Shown here: positions 20,801 through 29,662 of the stretch, in pieces
Layout of the letters: every line of letters begins with the position of its first letter
Position numbering within the stretch: position 1 is the first letter of the stretch
Source of the DNA: Thermoplasmata archaeon
GTDB taxonomy: Archaea; Thermoplasmatota; Thermoplasmata; GCA-020350865
DNA length: 64,000 nucleotides
Assembly: GCA_020348445.1 (NCBI GenBank)
Contig: CP070751.1
Span: forward strand, 597,003-661,002
Direction of reading: 5' to 3'
Translations under genes and position numbers: made by a program
Notes under the pieces: model-generated
Seen by the model: the letters and a program-made list of their open reading frames with translations, nothing else
Databases searched by the model: none
Told to the model about the DNA's origin: nothing

Positions 20801-21601
20801 TAAATTTTTTACCTCGAAGTCCATACAATTTGCGATAATTAGTTGCCCGATTGGTGCCCCATCGATTACTAGACTATAGTCATTCTTGTAATAGAATAAA
20901 GGCTTCTCGTTTACAAGGTTGTCTGTGGATATATTGTGTGAGGTATAATGGCTTAATAAATTTCCCCATAAAGATACCCCACAATTGATAAAGATATTGT
21001 TTGTTATGTTGAAGTTTGATGAAGAGGAAAGAAAAATGCCACTCCCGAAATTCGATGAAAGCACATTGTTTGCGATATAGTTATTGGTCGATGACGTTCG
21101 AATATACATAGCAATCCCTCTATTGTCTATAAAATTATTGTCTAATATGTAATTGTCTGATGACACAGATGCTTCGAGGCCATACTTATTTTTCGTTATA
21201 TTGTTATGTGTTATGTTGTTATTTGACGATAAATCGAGAAGAATACCACTGTCGCCATTAGTAATATTGAATCCTGTGATATTAACCCAATCTGCAGTTA
21301 CATGGACGACATCTGATTCGCTACCATCAATAATGGTGGTGTCCCTATTCTCACCCGTTAAATTTATTGTTATGTCAACGATAATATTTTCTATATATGT
21401 CCCGCTATAAACAAATACAGTATCACCATCATTGGCAATATCAATTGCTCCTTGTATTGTGGCGGAATCGTTCCCAACTCCCGAACCCACATACAATGTA
21501 TTTCCCGCGTTCACAACATATGTCTCAAATGTGACAAATCCCAAAAATCCCGAAATCACCAACAAGCACACTATTCCTATCGAAATTAACCTGTTTTTCA
21601 T
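17873..21601 (-). CDS. Surface protein: right-handed parallel beta-helix (NosD/CASH-like), Ig-like repeats, PKD, carboxypeptidase-regulatory-like domain, C-terminal TM
   Basis: Signal peptide; Asn-rich SSNNNITxNN repeats; GNYWSHY; ANAGADQEV PKD; GSISGTVTDEDGEPI; TM followed by KPWKKEP. Confidence 0.85.
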   Translation of the reverse strand: MKNRLISIGIVCLLVISGFLGFVTFETYVVNAGNTLYVGSGVGNDSATIQGAIDIANDGDTVFVYSGTYIENIIVDITINLTGENRDTTIIDGSESDVVHVTADWVNITGFNITNGDSGILLDLSSNNNITHNNITKNKYGLEASVSSDNYILDNNFIDNRGIAMYIRTSSTNNYIANNVLSSNFGSGIFLSSSSNFNITNNIFINCGVSLWGNLLSHYTSHNISTDNLVNEKPLFYYKNDYSLVIDGAPIGQLIIANCMDFEVKNLEIKDTDKGITVAFCKNVLITGNNVSSNNNEGIFLDSSTNCEIVGNNATSNYDGIYLHDSSVNNVTGNNMSLNMNRGLQLYQSSNNNVTGNNYSSNDMFGISMYSSINNNITDNNFINNGIYIWGGSLSYFNSHNIPTNNIVNGKPLYYYKNCSGVNIDGIPIGQLIIANCTDFEIRNLQVTNTDIGIDVVFSQNISIIGNDILSNNWFGIRHKDSTYINNTANNISNNYIGFYLYSSSNINITGNNITSNLIRGFWFDSSSSNNISGNNISDNGEGFRFSSSSNKNTITNNNIYSNSNYGIYFSSCSNNSIYHNNIIDNSIQAYDNGNDNFWNDTYPSGGNYWSHYSPTCLDLYNGSTTPQTTGSPDGICDVQFDIDGDSIDYYPLRYPWGTTPPIDTTPPEISNVLVDGLPSVSVTSGTIVTLTATIDDLTTGSSIIAGANYTIGSQNWPGTNMNPIDGTFNSKTEDVTFDVSTTGWSVGSHDLYVYGWDEQYNYNTTSTAFATITISAPADSDPPEISNVSVNGTDSITIRPGIMVTLMASIEDSATGGSNITGANYTIGSQNWPGTNINPEDGSFDSPSEVVTVSINTVGWGDDSYDLYVYAWDENNNYNIDPGTYATIIIDSTLPTSSVDTISPDWSNEGPIAITATASDIGSTVSSVKLLYRFSSDGYIWSLWDTVGIDTTDPWQWSFDFPDGDGYYEFKSQATDEATNVETDIGKDAFCGYDSVQPTANAGADQEVAQGTTVTFNSTGTTDNFQHLKYNWTFIDGTVIMLYEVNPTHRFDSSGEFLVTLNITDAAGNWNVDTMWVNVSAAVTTGSISGTVTDEDGEPISGVKVKLVDTTFSATTNENGDFTLTDMPAGTYDLSLEKTGYQDKTITGLTVTAGDDTKLTTDSLTMIKIAEEDEEDGEEENYLWVIFIVVIILVIVVLLFLLKPWKKEPVRPEEAEPVTEEETIIDEPMEVEGTEEVDENM

Positions 21602-21716
21602 AACGGCCCCCCTTGAACCCTTGAATGTATTGGGTTATTATTTAGTTTTTGGTTATATAATTTCTTTTAAAACATACTATAAATGGAGGTAAATCAATAT
21701 TTCTTAGGGAAAAAGC

Positions 21717-21754
21717 CACTTCCCCTCAAAGCTCTTAACAAGCTTCGCCCATTC
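21717..21754. repeat. 38-bp exact copy of the korB 3' end
   Basis: cacttcccctcaaagctcttaacaagcttcgcccattc is identical at 21717-21754 and 27109-27146. Confidence 0.95.
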
Positions 21755-21873
21755 CTCATAGTACTCTTTTTTATAGTTTATCAAAAGTTACAAACAGAGG
21801 TTATACAGATTACTTTTTAAGGTTTCGAATATGGCTATTTCTTATATATAAATGTTTCAAGTTCATCGAAAGA

Positions 21874-21883
21874 TTTATAAATA
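21874..21883 (+). promoter_or_regulatory. TATA box of a probably leaderless transcript for the TA-like pair
   Basis: Purine-rich BRE-like GAAAGA then TTTATAAATA, about 22-30 bp before the ATG at 21905; no RBS. Confidence 0.5.
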
Positions 21884-21904
21884 TTATACCTAATATATAG
21901 AAAC

Positions 21905-22477
21905 ATGAAGAAAAAGGAGCTCATATACAGGCAGTTGCTATTGAATCCCGAGACCACGCAGCTTGAATTATCCAAAACCCTGAGAATATCCTTAAGCACC
22001 GTGAATAATGCCATACAACCTCTGAGGAGTATGGGTGCTATCCAGGTCAGCTTAAGAAAACTTAGGGTTGTTGACAAAGAAAAGTTGTTGCTTTTCTGGG
22101 CGAGCATAAAAAATCTTCAAAATCACCTTCTTTATAAAACCAGGGTCGAGATGCCCGTAGATCAATTAGAAAAAAACATGCCGCCCAAGATATTATTTAC
22201 CGCCTATACCGGATACAAATTCCGTTATAAGGATGTACCCGCTGATTACAGCGAGGTCTATGTTTATACATATGGCAAAGGTCTCGATTCAATAACGGCT
22301 AGATTTCCGGAAAGCGAGAAGGTACCCAATCTCTTCGTACTGGAAGCAGATAAGCATCTAGTTCAGGTTTCCAAAAATAATATTGTTCCAGATTATCAAA
22401 TTTTCGTGGATCTTTGGAACCTCCCGGAGTGGTATGCAAAGGAGTTCATAATAAAATTGAAGGAAAGGATATTATGA
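21905..22477 (+). CDS. wHTH + AbiEi-like protein (type IV TA antitoxin-like)
   Basis: N-terminal HTH TQLELSKTLRISLSTVNNAIQPL; FTAYTG; C-terminal VPDYQIFVDLWN resembling the AbiEi 'VspxQlYlDL' segment. Confidence 0.65.
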   Translation: MKKKELIYRQLLLNPETTQLELSKTLRISLSTVNNAIQPLRSMGAIQVSLRKLRVVDKEKLLLFWASIKNLQNHLLYKTRVEMPVDQLEKNMPPKILFTAYTGYKFRYKDVPADYSEVYVYTYGKGLDSITARFPESEKVPNLFVLEADKHLVQVSKNNIVPDYQIFVDLWNLPEWYAKEFIIKLKERIL

Positions 22478-23100
22478 CAGAGTTTTGGAATGAGCTGTTG
22501 ACAAAGGCAAGCTGGAAAAAACTCCAAGAACTAACCAATGAATTTGAATTCATCCTCATAGGCGGTTGGGCGATATTCATATGGACTAAAAAACACAAGT
22601 CCAAGGACATCGATATTGTCGTTGATTACGAAATCCTCTCCGAAATACAGGAAAGATATCCTTTAACAAAAAATAATAGATTGAAAAAATATGAGGTAAA
22701 ATTTGATGAATTTGATATTGATATTTATCTACCATATTATTCAAAATTGGCCATTCCAATTGAGGACTTGAAAGAACTCTCTGTAAAAGTTCAAGGTATA
22801 AGAACGGTTGCTCTTGAAGCATTGCTTATTCTCAAGCAAGCAGCTGAAATAGAGCGAAGAAATAGTGTTAAGGGTCAGAAGGATAGTATAGATATTTTAA
22901 CTATCCTGATACACGGTGGCATTGATTTGAACAAATACAATGAAATGCTTGTTAAGTACGACCTTGGAAATTATGTAAATGAACTTATTTTTGTAATACA
23001 GAGTTTTGATAAGAAGAATCTGAGATATATTGATTTGAATCTCAAGAAGTTTGCCGACTGGAAAAAAGGATATATTAAAAAACTTAGAAAGCTGAAATAG
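22474..23100 (+). CDS. Pol-beta superfamily nucleotidyltransferase (AbiEii-like toxin candidate)
   Basis: ILIGGWAI....SKDIDIVV (GG/DxD motif); QKDSIDIL; ATGA overlap with the upstream gene (start 22474, not 22414). Confidence 0.7.
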   Translation: MTEFWNELLTKASWKKLQELTNEFEFILIGGWAIFIWTKKHKSKDIDIVVDYEILSEIQERYPLTKNNRLKKYEVKFDEFDIDIYLPYYSKLAIPIEDLKELSVKVQGIRTVALEALLILKQAAEIERRNSVKGQKDSIDILTILIHGGIDLNKYNEMLVKYDLGNYVNELIFVIQSFDKKNLRYIDLNLKKFADWKKGYIKKLRKLK

Positions 23101-23123
23101 TTATGGATTACCAACATTCCCTT

Positions 23124-23177
23124 TTAACTTTTTATCAGATTCGCCCACTCTTCAGCGGATTCTTTCCTCTCAATATT
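23124..23177 (-). pseudogene. Degenerate remnant of the korB 3' end
   Basis: Reads NIERKESAEEWANLIKS* directly after the stop of the 23178 gene; KorB ends DIERKEYTTEWAKLVKSFEGK*. Confidence 0.75.
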
Positions 23178-26100
23178 CTACAACTCCTCTGATTGATCCT
23201 CAGGTGGCAGTGTTTGTGGTCCCTCTTCAGATATAATTTGGTCTCCTTCAAAATCCTCAGGTATTGTCTGTGTTTCCTCATCAGACACAATCTGATCTTC
23301 TTCAAGATTCTCAGGCGGTGAAGTTGGTGGTCCCTCTTCGGTTACAGGCTCAACCTCTTCCGGTATCACAGGCTCCTTCTTCCAGGGTTTAAGTAAAAAC
23401 ATTACCACGACAATAATTATTATGATAACAATAATCAAGATCAGCCACATGTAATTCTCCTCCTCCCCCTCATCTTCCTCCTCCTCTGCAATTTTTATCA
23501 TAATCAAAGAGTCTGTGGTAAGAGTATTATGCTGCCCTGCGGTTACAGGCAAACCTATAATAGTCTTGTCTTGATAACCAGTCTTCTCCGCCTTAAGATC
23601 ATAGGTTCCCGCAGGTATGTTTGATATCGTGAAATCTCCATTTTCGTCAGTTGTAGCAGAATAAGTTATCCCAACCAATGTCACCGTCGCACCCGAGATT
23701 GGTTCGCCATCCTCATCTTTTACTGTCCCAGATATTGAACCAGTTGTCACAGCTGAGCTGACATTCACCCACATTGTGTCTGAATCTTTGTTCCCTGCTT
23801 CATCTGTGACGTTTAAAGTAACTAAATAATCACCCGGGGCAATGAATCTGTATGTTGAATTCACACCTTCAAGTGTTATCAGATCTCCATCTGTAAAAGT
23901 CCATGTGTATTTTAAATGCTGGAAATTATCAGTTGTGCCGCTTCCATCAAAAGTCACGGTTGTCTCTGGCGGAACTTGTTGATCAAATCCTGCATTTGCA
24001 CGTGGTGGAGTTACATCGTAACCGCAAATTGCCTTAGCAGTTGTGGCTGTTTCTTCGTTAGTGGCCTTATCGATTGCGATGGTGTAGAGCTCATAGTAAG
24101 CCTCAGCGTGCGGAAAGTCGAAGATCCACTCCCAGGGAGTCTGTGTATCCACTCCAAAGGTGACATCGGTACTCCAAGTCAAGTTATTATTGCTGTATCT
24201 GTAGAACAATTCCACACTTACCATTTTACTGTCCAGCTCCTTAACGGCAGCACTTATTATAATTGGTGATGTGGTCTGCCAGTAAGGAATGATTCTGCTA
24301 ATCTCTGAATAGGGTATCTGTGTATCATATCCGCATATTGCATCTGTTCCTGTATCTGTTTCAACATTACCTGCGGAATCTGTAGCAATTGATTTGAGTT
24401 CATAATATCTTTCACTCTCGGGGAAATCGAATATCCATTCCCAAGGGCTTGTAGTATCTGTTCCAGCTGTCTCCCATTCACTCCAGGATTGGTTTACAGG
24501 ACTGTATCGATACAACAACTCAACACTTTCTACACTGCTTCCTATGTCTGAAGCGGTGGCGGAAATAGTAACTTGCCCAGTATTGTTCCAGTATGGTGAG
24601 ATCAGATCAACACTTGAAGCGGGTAATGTGGTATCTATTATTATTGTTGCAAAGGCATCTGATGTGAGGTTGAAATTATAATTCTCATCCCTGGCATAGA
24701 CATAGATATCGTAGCTACCATCTCCCCATCCCGCGGTGCTAATAGAAATATTGACAGATTCGGTTGGTGTATCAAGTGCACCATCAGAGGGATCCAAATC
24801 GGTCCCTGGCCAGTTCTGAGAACCGATAGTATAATTCGCACCAGTAATATTCGCGCCACCGGTTGAGGAATCATCGATGGTTGCGGTCAGTGTAACAGTT
24901 GTCCCCTCTATTACAGTAACAGAAGGCAATCCATCTACAAGTACATTGGTAATCTCTGGTGGTCTTATATCCACGGGATTCACAAGTGGATAACAATCCT
25001 CTGCCCCTGCCGGGCCATTTATGAAATAAGAAACATCAACAATTCCATAAGGTGGATTATCATCTGGTGTCGTCCAATCTGCCCACCAATTGCCTTTGGT
25101 TTCATAATACCAATAGTTATAGTCACCGTCATCGTATGCCTGAACATTCAAGGGGTTATAAACATCCGTGCTTCCCCTATTATAGGCTATGTTGTTATGA
25201 TAGATATTGTTGTAGTAAGAGGATGTAATAAAAACAGCGTAATCGTGGCAATTAAAGATATCGTTTAAGATGATGCTGTTGTTGTTAGAATTGTCGAAGA
25301 TATAGATGCCGCGTGCATCAGTGCCGATGGCTTTAATGGTGTTGCCTGTTAGATTGTTATAATTCGAATATGACGTTATCCTAATGCCGTATCCGGACGA
25401 ATTAGTAGTAAATATTGTGTTGCTTGTTAGATTGTTACTCGAAGATGAAGATATCCCAATGCCACGACCATACTCCCCAGAAGTGTTTATTGTGTTACCT
25501 GTTAGATTGTTGTTATTCGAATAATCAGATAAATCAATACCGTACCCATACTGCCCAGATGTATTTATTGTGTTGTCTGATAGAATGTTTTTCGTAGATG
25601 AAGATAGATAAATGCCGTCTCCATTCTGCCCAGATGTATTTATTGTGTTGCCTGTTAGAGTGTTATTCGAAGAATAAGATAGCCTAATACCAAAACCATA
25701 CAGCCGAGATGTATTTATTGTGTTGGCTATTAGATTGTTATTATTTGAAGAGAGTTTTATACTAATGCCGTGCCCATACTCCTCAGCAGTATCTATAATA
25801 TTTTCTGTCAAAGTATTATTCGAAGATGTAACAAGATAAATGCCGGACCCAGCATATCCAGAGGTATTTATTGTATTGCTTTTTAGAATATTGTTATTCG
25901 AAGAGTCATTTAGGTAAAAGCCATACCCATCCTGTCCAGATGTATTTATAATGTTTCCTATTATAGTATTATCATTCGAATAAGGAAATAAATAAATGCC
26001 GTAACTGTCTTCTCCAGAGGTATTGATAAAGTTGTTTTTTATATTATTGTCATTTGAGGAATAATACAGATAAATGCCAATTGCCGATTGGTTTTGAGTA

Positions 26101-26993
26101 GTTATGAGGTTCCCTGATAGACTATTATTTACAGAGTCATATAGATAAATACCATGCCCGGACTGATTATAAGTACTTATCGTATTACCTATTAGATTGT
26201 TATCATTCGATATTGATCCAATTTCAATGCCATGCCCATTCAAACCTGAGGTATTTATCTTATTTTCTGTTAGATTGTTATTACAAGATTCATCTAGAAA
26301 AATACCACTTGCTTGTTGACCAAAAGCATCTATTTTATTGTCTGTAACATTATTATTAAATGAGACAGACATCCAAATACCATACCCCCACTGCCCGAAG
26401 GTCTTTATCGTATTGCCTGTTACCATATTATTATTCGTGAAGGCGTATAAACGAATACTAAATCCGTATAGATTGTTAGTAATTATTGTGTTGCCAGTTA
26501 TACAGTTGTTTGAGGATTGAACTGCAATCCCATAGCTACTATCTCCTGTAGTGGTAATATAATTGCTAGTAATGGTAGAATTATGCGCTGAGCTACTTTT
26601 AAGATTTATTCCATACGTAAAATTTCCAGAAACGGAAATATTGAACCCAGTGATGTTCACACCGCTTGCCGTAACATTAATCCCGGCTGATTTAATGCTC
26701 CATGTTCCTTCATAATGATATATAATCTTACAGTCTGAACTACTATTGCCAATGAGAGAGATATCTGGTGTGCTTATATTTACAGATTCAACATATGTTC
26801 CATTCGCCACGATGATAGTATCCCCAGGGATTGCGGCATCCACTGCACTCTGTATAGTATCATAAATCAATCCAGGACCCACATACAGAGTGTTACCGCC
26901 ACTCACATTCTCAGTCTCAAATGTGACAAATCCCAAAAATCCCGAGATGACCAACATACACACTATTCCCATCGAGATTAACCTGTTTTTCAT
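23178..26993 (-). CDS. Paralogous beta-helix/Ig/PKD/carboxypeptidase-regulatory-like surface protein
   Basis: Near-identical signal peptide (MKNRLISMGIVCMLVISGFLGFVTFET) and homologous C-terminal half to 17873-21601; beta-helix built of NTINTSGQxGxGIxL repeats. Confidence 0.85.
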   Translation of the reverse strand: MKNRLISMGIVCMLVISGFLGFVTFETENVSGGNTLYVGPGLIYDTIQSAVDAAIPGDTIIVANGTYVESVNISTPDISLIGNSSSDCKIIYHYEGTWSIKSAGINVTASGVNITGFNISVSGNFTYGINLKSSSAHNSTITSNYITTTGDSSYGIAVQSSNNCITGNTIITNNLYGFSIRLYAFTNNNMVTGNTIKTFGQWGYGIWMSVSFNNNVTDNKIDAFGQQASGIFLDESCNNNLTENKINTSGLNGHGIEIGSISNDNNLIGNTISTYNQSGHGIYLYDSVNNSLSGNLITTQNQSAIGIYLYYSSNDNNIKNNFINTSGEDSYGIYLFPYSNDNTIIGNIINTSGQDGYGFYLNDSSNNNILKSNTINTSGYAGSGIYLVTSSNNTLTENIIDTAEEYGHGISIKLSSNNNNLIANTINTSRLYGFGIRLSYSSNNTLTGNTINTSGQNGDGIYLSSSTKNILSDNTINTSGQYGYGIDLSDYSNNNNLTGNTINTSGEYGRGIGISSSSSNNLTSNTIFTTNSSGYGIRITSYSNYNNLTGNTIKAIGTDARGIYIFDNSNNNSIILNDIFNCHDYAVFITSSYYNNIYHNNIAYNRGSTDVYNPLNVQAYDDGDYNYWYYETKGNWWADWTTPDDNPPYGIVDVSYFINGPAGAEDCYPLVNPVDIRPPEITNVLVDGLPSVTVIEGTTVTLTATIDDSSTGGANITGANYTIGSQNWPGTDLDPSDGALDTPTESVNISISTAGWGDGSYDIYVYARDENYNFNLTSDAFATIIIDTTLPASSVDLISPYWNNTGQVTISATASDIGSSVESVELLYRYSPVNQSWSEWETAGTDTTSPWEWIFDFPESERYYELKSIATDSAGNVETDTGTDAICGYDTQIPYSEISRIIPYWQTTSPIIISAAVKELDSKMVSVELFYRYSNNNLTWSTDVTFGVDTQTPWEWIFDFPHAEAYYELYTIAIDKATNEETATTAKAICGYDVTPPRANAGFDQQVPPETTVTFDGSGTTDNFQHLKYTWTFTDGDLITLEGVNSTYRFIAPGDYLVTLNVTDEAGNKDSDTMWVNVSSAVTTGSISGTVKDEDGEPISGATVTLVGITYSATTDENGDFTISNIPAGTYDLKAEKTGYQDKTIIGLPVTAGQHNTLTTDSLIMIKIAEEEEDEGEEENYMWLILIIVIIIIIVVVMFLLKPWKKEPVIPEEVEPVTEEGPPTSPPENLEEDQIVSDEETQTIPEDFEGDQIISEEGPQTLPPEDQSEEL

Positions 26994-27107
26994 ACCGACC
27001 CTCCAATGACCCTTGAATGTGTTTGGTTTTAATTTATTTTTTGGTTATATAATTTCTTTTAAGAGATGCCAGAATGGATGGTAAATCCACACTTCTGAGG
27101 GAATAAC

Positions 27108-27950
27108 TCACTTCCCCTCAAAGCTCTTAACAAGCTTCGCCCATTCAGTAGTATATTCCTTCCTCTCGATGTCCTGCAATTCCCCAATCAAAATCTTCTT
27201 GTTCTCACCTTTCTGCTTATCAGACAGAAGCTTCCACTTGCTGTTTACGATGGTATTTGCCTTGTACCAGTCCCAGGCTTCCTTTGCGATCCTCTGCTTG
27301 TTCTTCCTGCCGTAACCAGTTGGGCAGGGTACCAGTGTTTCAATAAATGCAAATCCTTTCTTCTTCAATCCTTTTTTAATGGATCCAACTGTCTCATAAG
27401 GATAACCCATGGGCCACCGTGCAACATATGGTGCACCAGAGATTATGGCAAGCTCGGATAGATCAAAAGGCTCTTCTATGTTTCTGTAGGGCGTCGTGGT
27501 CGTGAAATCTCCCAAAGGAGTTGTGGGCGAAACCTGACCTCCAGTCATGCCATAATTCCAGTTGTTGATCACGATAACTGTCATGTCAACATTCCTTCTT
27601 GCAGCGTGAATAAAATGGTTCCCCCCTATTCCAGCCAAATCCCCATCACCTGTAAATACTATCACATGCAAATCAGGACGGGCAACTTTTACACCTGTTG
27701 CAAATGCAATGGCTCTTCCATGGGTTGTGTGCAATCCGTCTGCATCTATGTAGCCAGGCATTCTTGAAGAGCACCCGATTCCCGAGCTGAAAACAACGTC
27801 ATCGATGTTTATTTTGGATTCATCAATTGCACGGAGCGCATAGTTCAGAACATTACCTATCCCGCATCCCTGGCAGAAGATTGAAGGATACATGGTCTCC
27901 TCAAGATATTTTTCCCTAATAACCTTGGCCTTGTTAAACAAACTACACAC
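27108..27950 (-). CDS. korB: 2-oxoacid:ferredoxin oxidoreductase beta subunit (copy 2)
   Basis: FCQGCG, SGIGCS, HTTHGRA, GDGD..IGGNH TPP motif, YGMTGGQVSPT; substrate specificity not determinable from sequence alone. Confidence 0.9.
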   Translation of the reverse strand: MCSLFNKAKVIREKYLEETMYPSIFCQGCGIGNVLNYALRAIDESKINIDDVVFSSGIGCSSRMPGYIDADGLHTTHGRAIAFATGVKVARPDLHVIVFTGDGDLAGIGGNHFIHAARRNVDMTVIVINNWNYGMTGGQVSPTTPLGDFTTTTPYRNIEEPFDLSELAIISGAPYVARWPMGYPYETVGSIKKGLKKKGFAFIETLVPCPTGYGRKNKQRIAKEAWDWYKANTIVNSKWKLLSDKQKGENKKILIGELQDIERKEYTTEWAKLVKSFEGK

Positions 27951-29130
27951 CTCCTTTTACTGAATCCACAATCTCAGATGGAGAATGCATTTCACCACCA
28001 GTCTTTGGAATGGACACGACATCACATTCTCCCCGACAAAATTCAGCAATTGGATGATTTATCTGCCCGAGATTCATCTCAGGAACAAATATAGAATCAA
28101 CCTTCTTTGCCATGGCTTGGATTTCTTTAATGGGAAAAGGCCAAATGGTGATGAGCCTTAGAAAGTCGGTTTTTATTCCATCCTTCCTAAGCATTTTAAC
28201 TGCCCGCATCGAGCTTCTTGCAGAGATTCCATAACTTACCAGGCTAACCTTGCTTCCCTTCTGGTATCTCTTTTCCACCATCACGATTTTATCTCTGTCA
28301 TCAGCGATTTTCTCGGACAGTCTTTTGATTAGGGCATGGTGTATGTTTTTGTCGTCGGTTGAAGGGAGGCCGTTCTCCTTGTGGGTTAGGCCTGTCACGT
28401 ATGTATGATAACCTGTTCCAAAATTCGCCATCTCAGGGATTTTATCCTTTCCTGCTTTAAAGGGTTTGTATTTCTCCTTGTCTTTTGAGGGTGTCTTCCT
28501 TTCAGTCAATCTCAAATCCTTTCTTTTGGGAATCACAACCTCCTCCCTCATGTGCCCCACATCACCATCAGTTAAAATGATCACTGGATTGCGATATTTT
28601 TCTGCAAGGTTGAAAGCAGTTATCATCAAATCTAGACTTTCCTGTGGAGAGTTGGGTGAAAGAGCAATTATCTCATGATCCCCGTGGGTTCCCCAGCGGG
28701 CTTGCATTACATCGCCCTGGGCAGCCTCTGTGGGCTGGCCTGTGGAAGGCCCCGAGCGCTGGACGTTAACGATCACACATGGAGTCTCTGTCATGCAAGC
28801 ATATCCAATATTCTCCTGCATCAGGGAAAATCCGGGTCCAGATGTGGTGGTCATGGCCTTGGCTCCCGCCCAAGCTGCACCTATCACGGCCCCGATACTT
28901 GCGATCTCATCCTCCATCTGGATACAGGCGCCGCCTATCTTGGGCATGATTCGGGCAAATATCTCTGCTGTCTCTGTTGCAGGTGTGATGGGGTATCCTG
29001 CAAAAAATCTGCAGCCAGCAAGCACGGCACCGTAAGCAACAGCAGTGTCGCCTTGTATGAACTGCTTCTGTTTTCCAAGTGCCTTTGTGACCTTGTTGTA
29101 TTCCTCAGCTGATATCTCCTTTGCCTTCAC
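27943..29130 (-). CDS. korA: 2-oxoacid:ferredoxin oxidoreductase alpha subunit (copy 2)
   Basis: AGYPITPAT, QMEDEIAS, TTSGPGFSLMQE; GTG start at 29130 behind a GGGGTGA RBS. Confidence 0.9.
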   Translation of the reverse strand: MKAKEISAEEYNKVTKALGKQKQFIQGDTAVAYGAVLAGCRFFAGYPITPATETAEIFARIMPKIGGACIQMEDEIASIGAVIGAAWAGAKAMTTTSGPGFSLMQENIGYACMTETPCVIVNVQRSGPSTGQPTEAAQGDVMQARWGTHGDHEIIALSPNSPQESLDLMITAFNLAEKYRNPVIILTDGDVGHMREEVVIPKRKDLRLTERKTPSKDKEKYKPFKAGKDKIPEMANFGTGYHTYVTGLTHKENGLPSTDDKNIHHALIKRLSEKIADDRDKIVMVEKRYQKGSKVSLVSYGISARSSMRAVKMLRKDGIKTDFLRLITIWPFPIKEIQAMAKKVDSIFVPEMNLGQINHPIAEFCRGECDVVSIPKTGGEMHSPSEIVDSVKGGV

Positions 29131-29134
29131 TTTA

Positions 29135-29662
29135 TCACCCCTTCCCCTTCTTGCCAAGAGCGTAACCCTTCTCAAAGGCCTTCATATTGATCTTCTCTGT
29201 TCCCTTGGGAATGTTGTTTTTTATGGTCTCAACCATCTTCTTTTTTGGGATCATATCGATAACTGGTGTGAGGTAACCGAGCATCACGATATTGGCCACG
29301 ATCTTGCGACCAAGGGAATCTGCTGTCTTGGTGAATGGAACAAGTTTGGCATTCTTCACAGCTCCTTCAACTAAATCAGCATCCACAATTATCGCGGTAC
29401 TTTTCTTTATATCATCATGATATTTGTCATAGCCAGGTTGTGATAGAGCAACAAGAATATCGGCATCAACGACCCTTGGATAATCGATTTCGGAATCTGA
29501 GATAACAACTTCGGAACGGGCCGCACCTCCCCTTGACTCAGGACCATAGGATTGTGTCTGTACTGCTTTATGACCCGAGTTGATAGCGGCCTCACCAAGA
29601 ATTCTTCCTGCAAGCACTATTCCCTGTCCTCCAAAACCGGCGATTCGAATTTCCTTTCTCAT
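29135..29662 (-). CDS. korC: 2-oxoacid:ferredoxin oxidoreductase gamma subunit (copy 2)
   Basis: EIRIAGFGGQGIVLAG, QTQSYGPESRGG. Confidence 0.9.
   Translation of the reverse strand: MRKEIRIAGFGGQGIVLAGRILGEAAINSGHKAVQTQSYGPESRGGAARSEVVISDSEIDYPRVVDADILVALSQPGYDKYHDDIKKSTAIIVDADLVEGAVKNAKLVPFTKTADSLGRKIVANIVMLGYLTPVIDMIPKKKMVETIKNNIPKGTEKINMKAFEKGYALGKKGKG

Noticed and set aside
21755-27108. Autonomous integrative element or provirus
   Set aside because: No integrase, transposase or viral gene lies between the repeats, and homology extends beyond the 38-bp core into promoter and gene starts; reported as a cassette/duplication finding instead.
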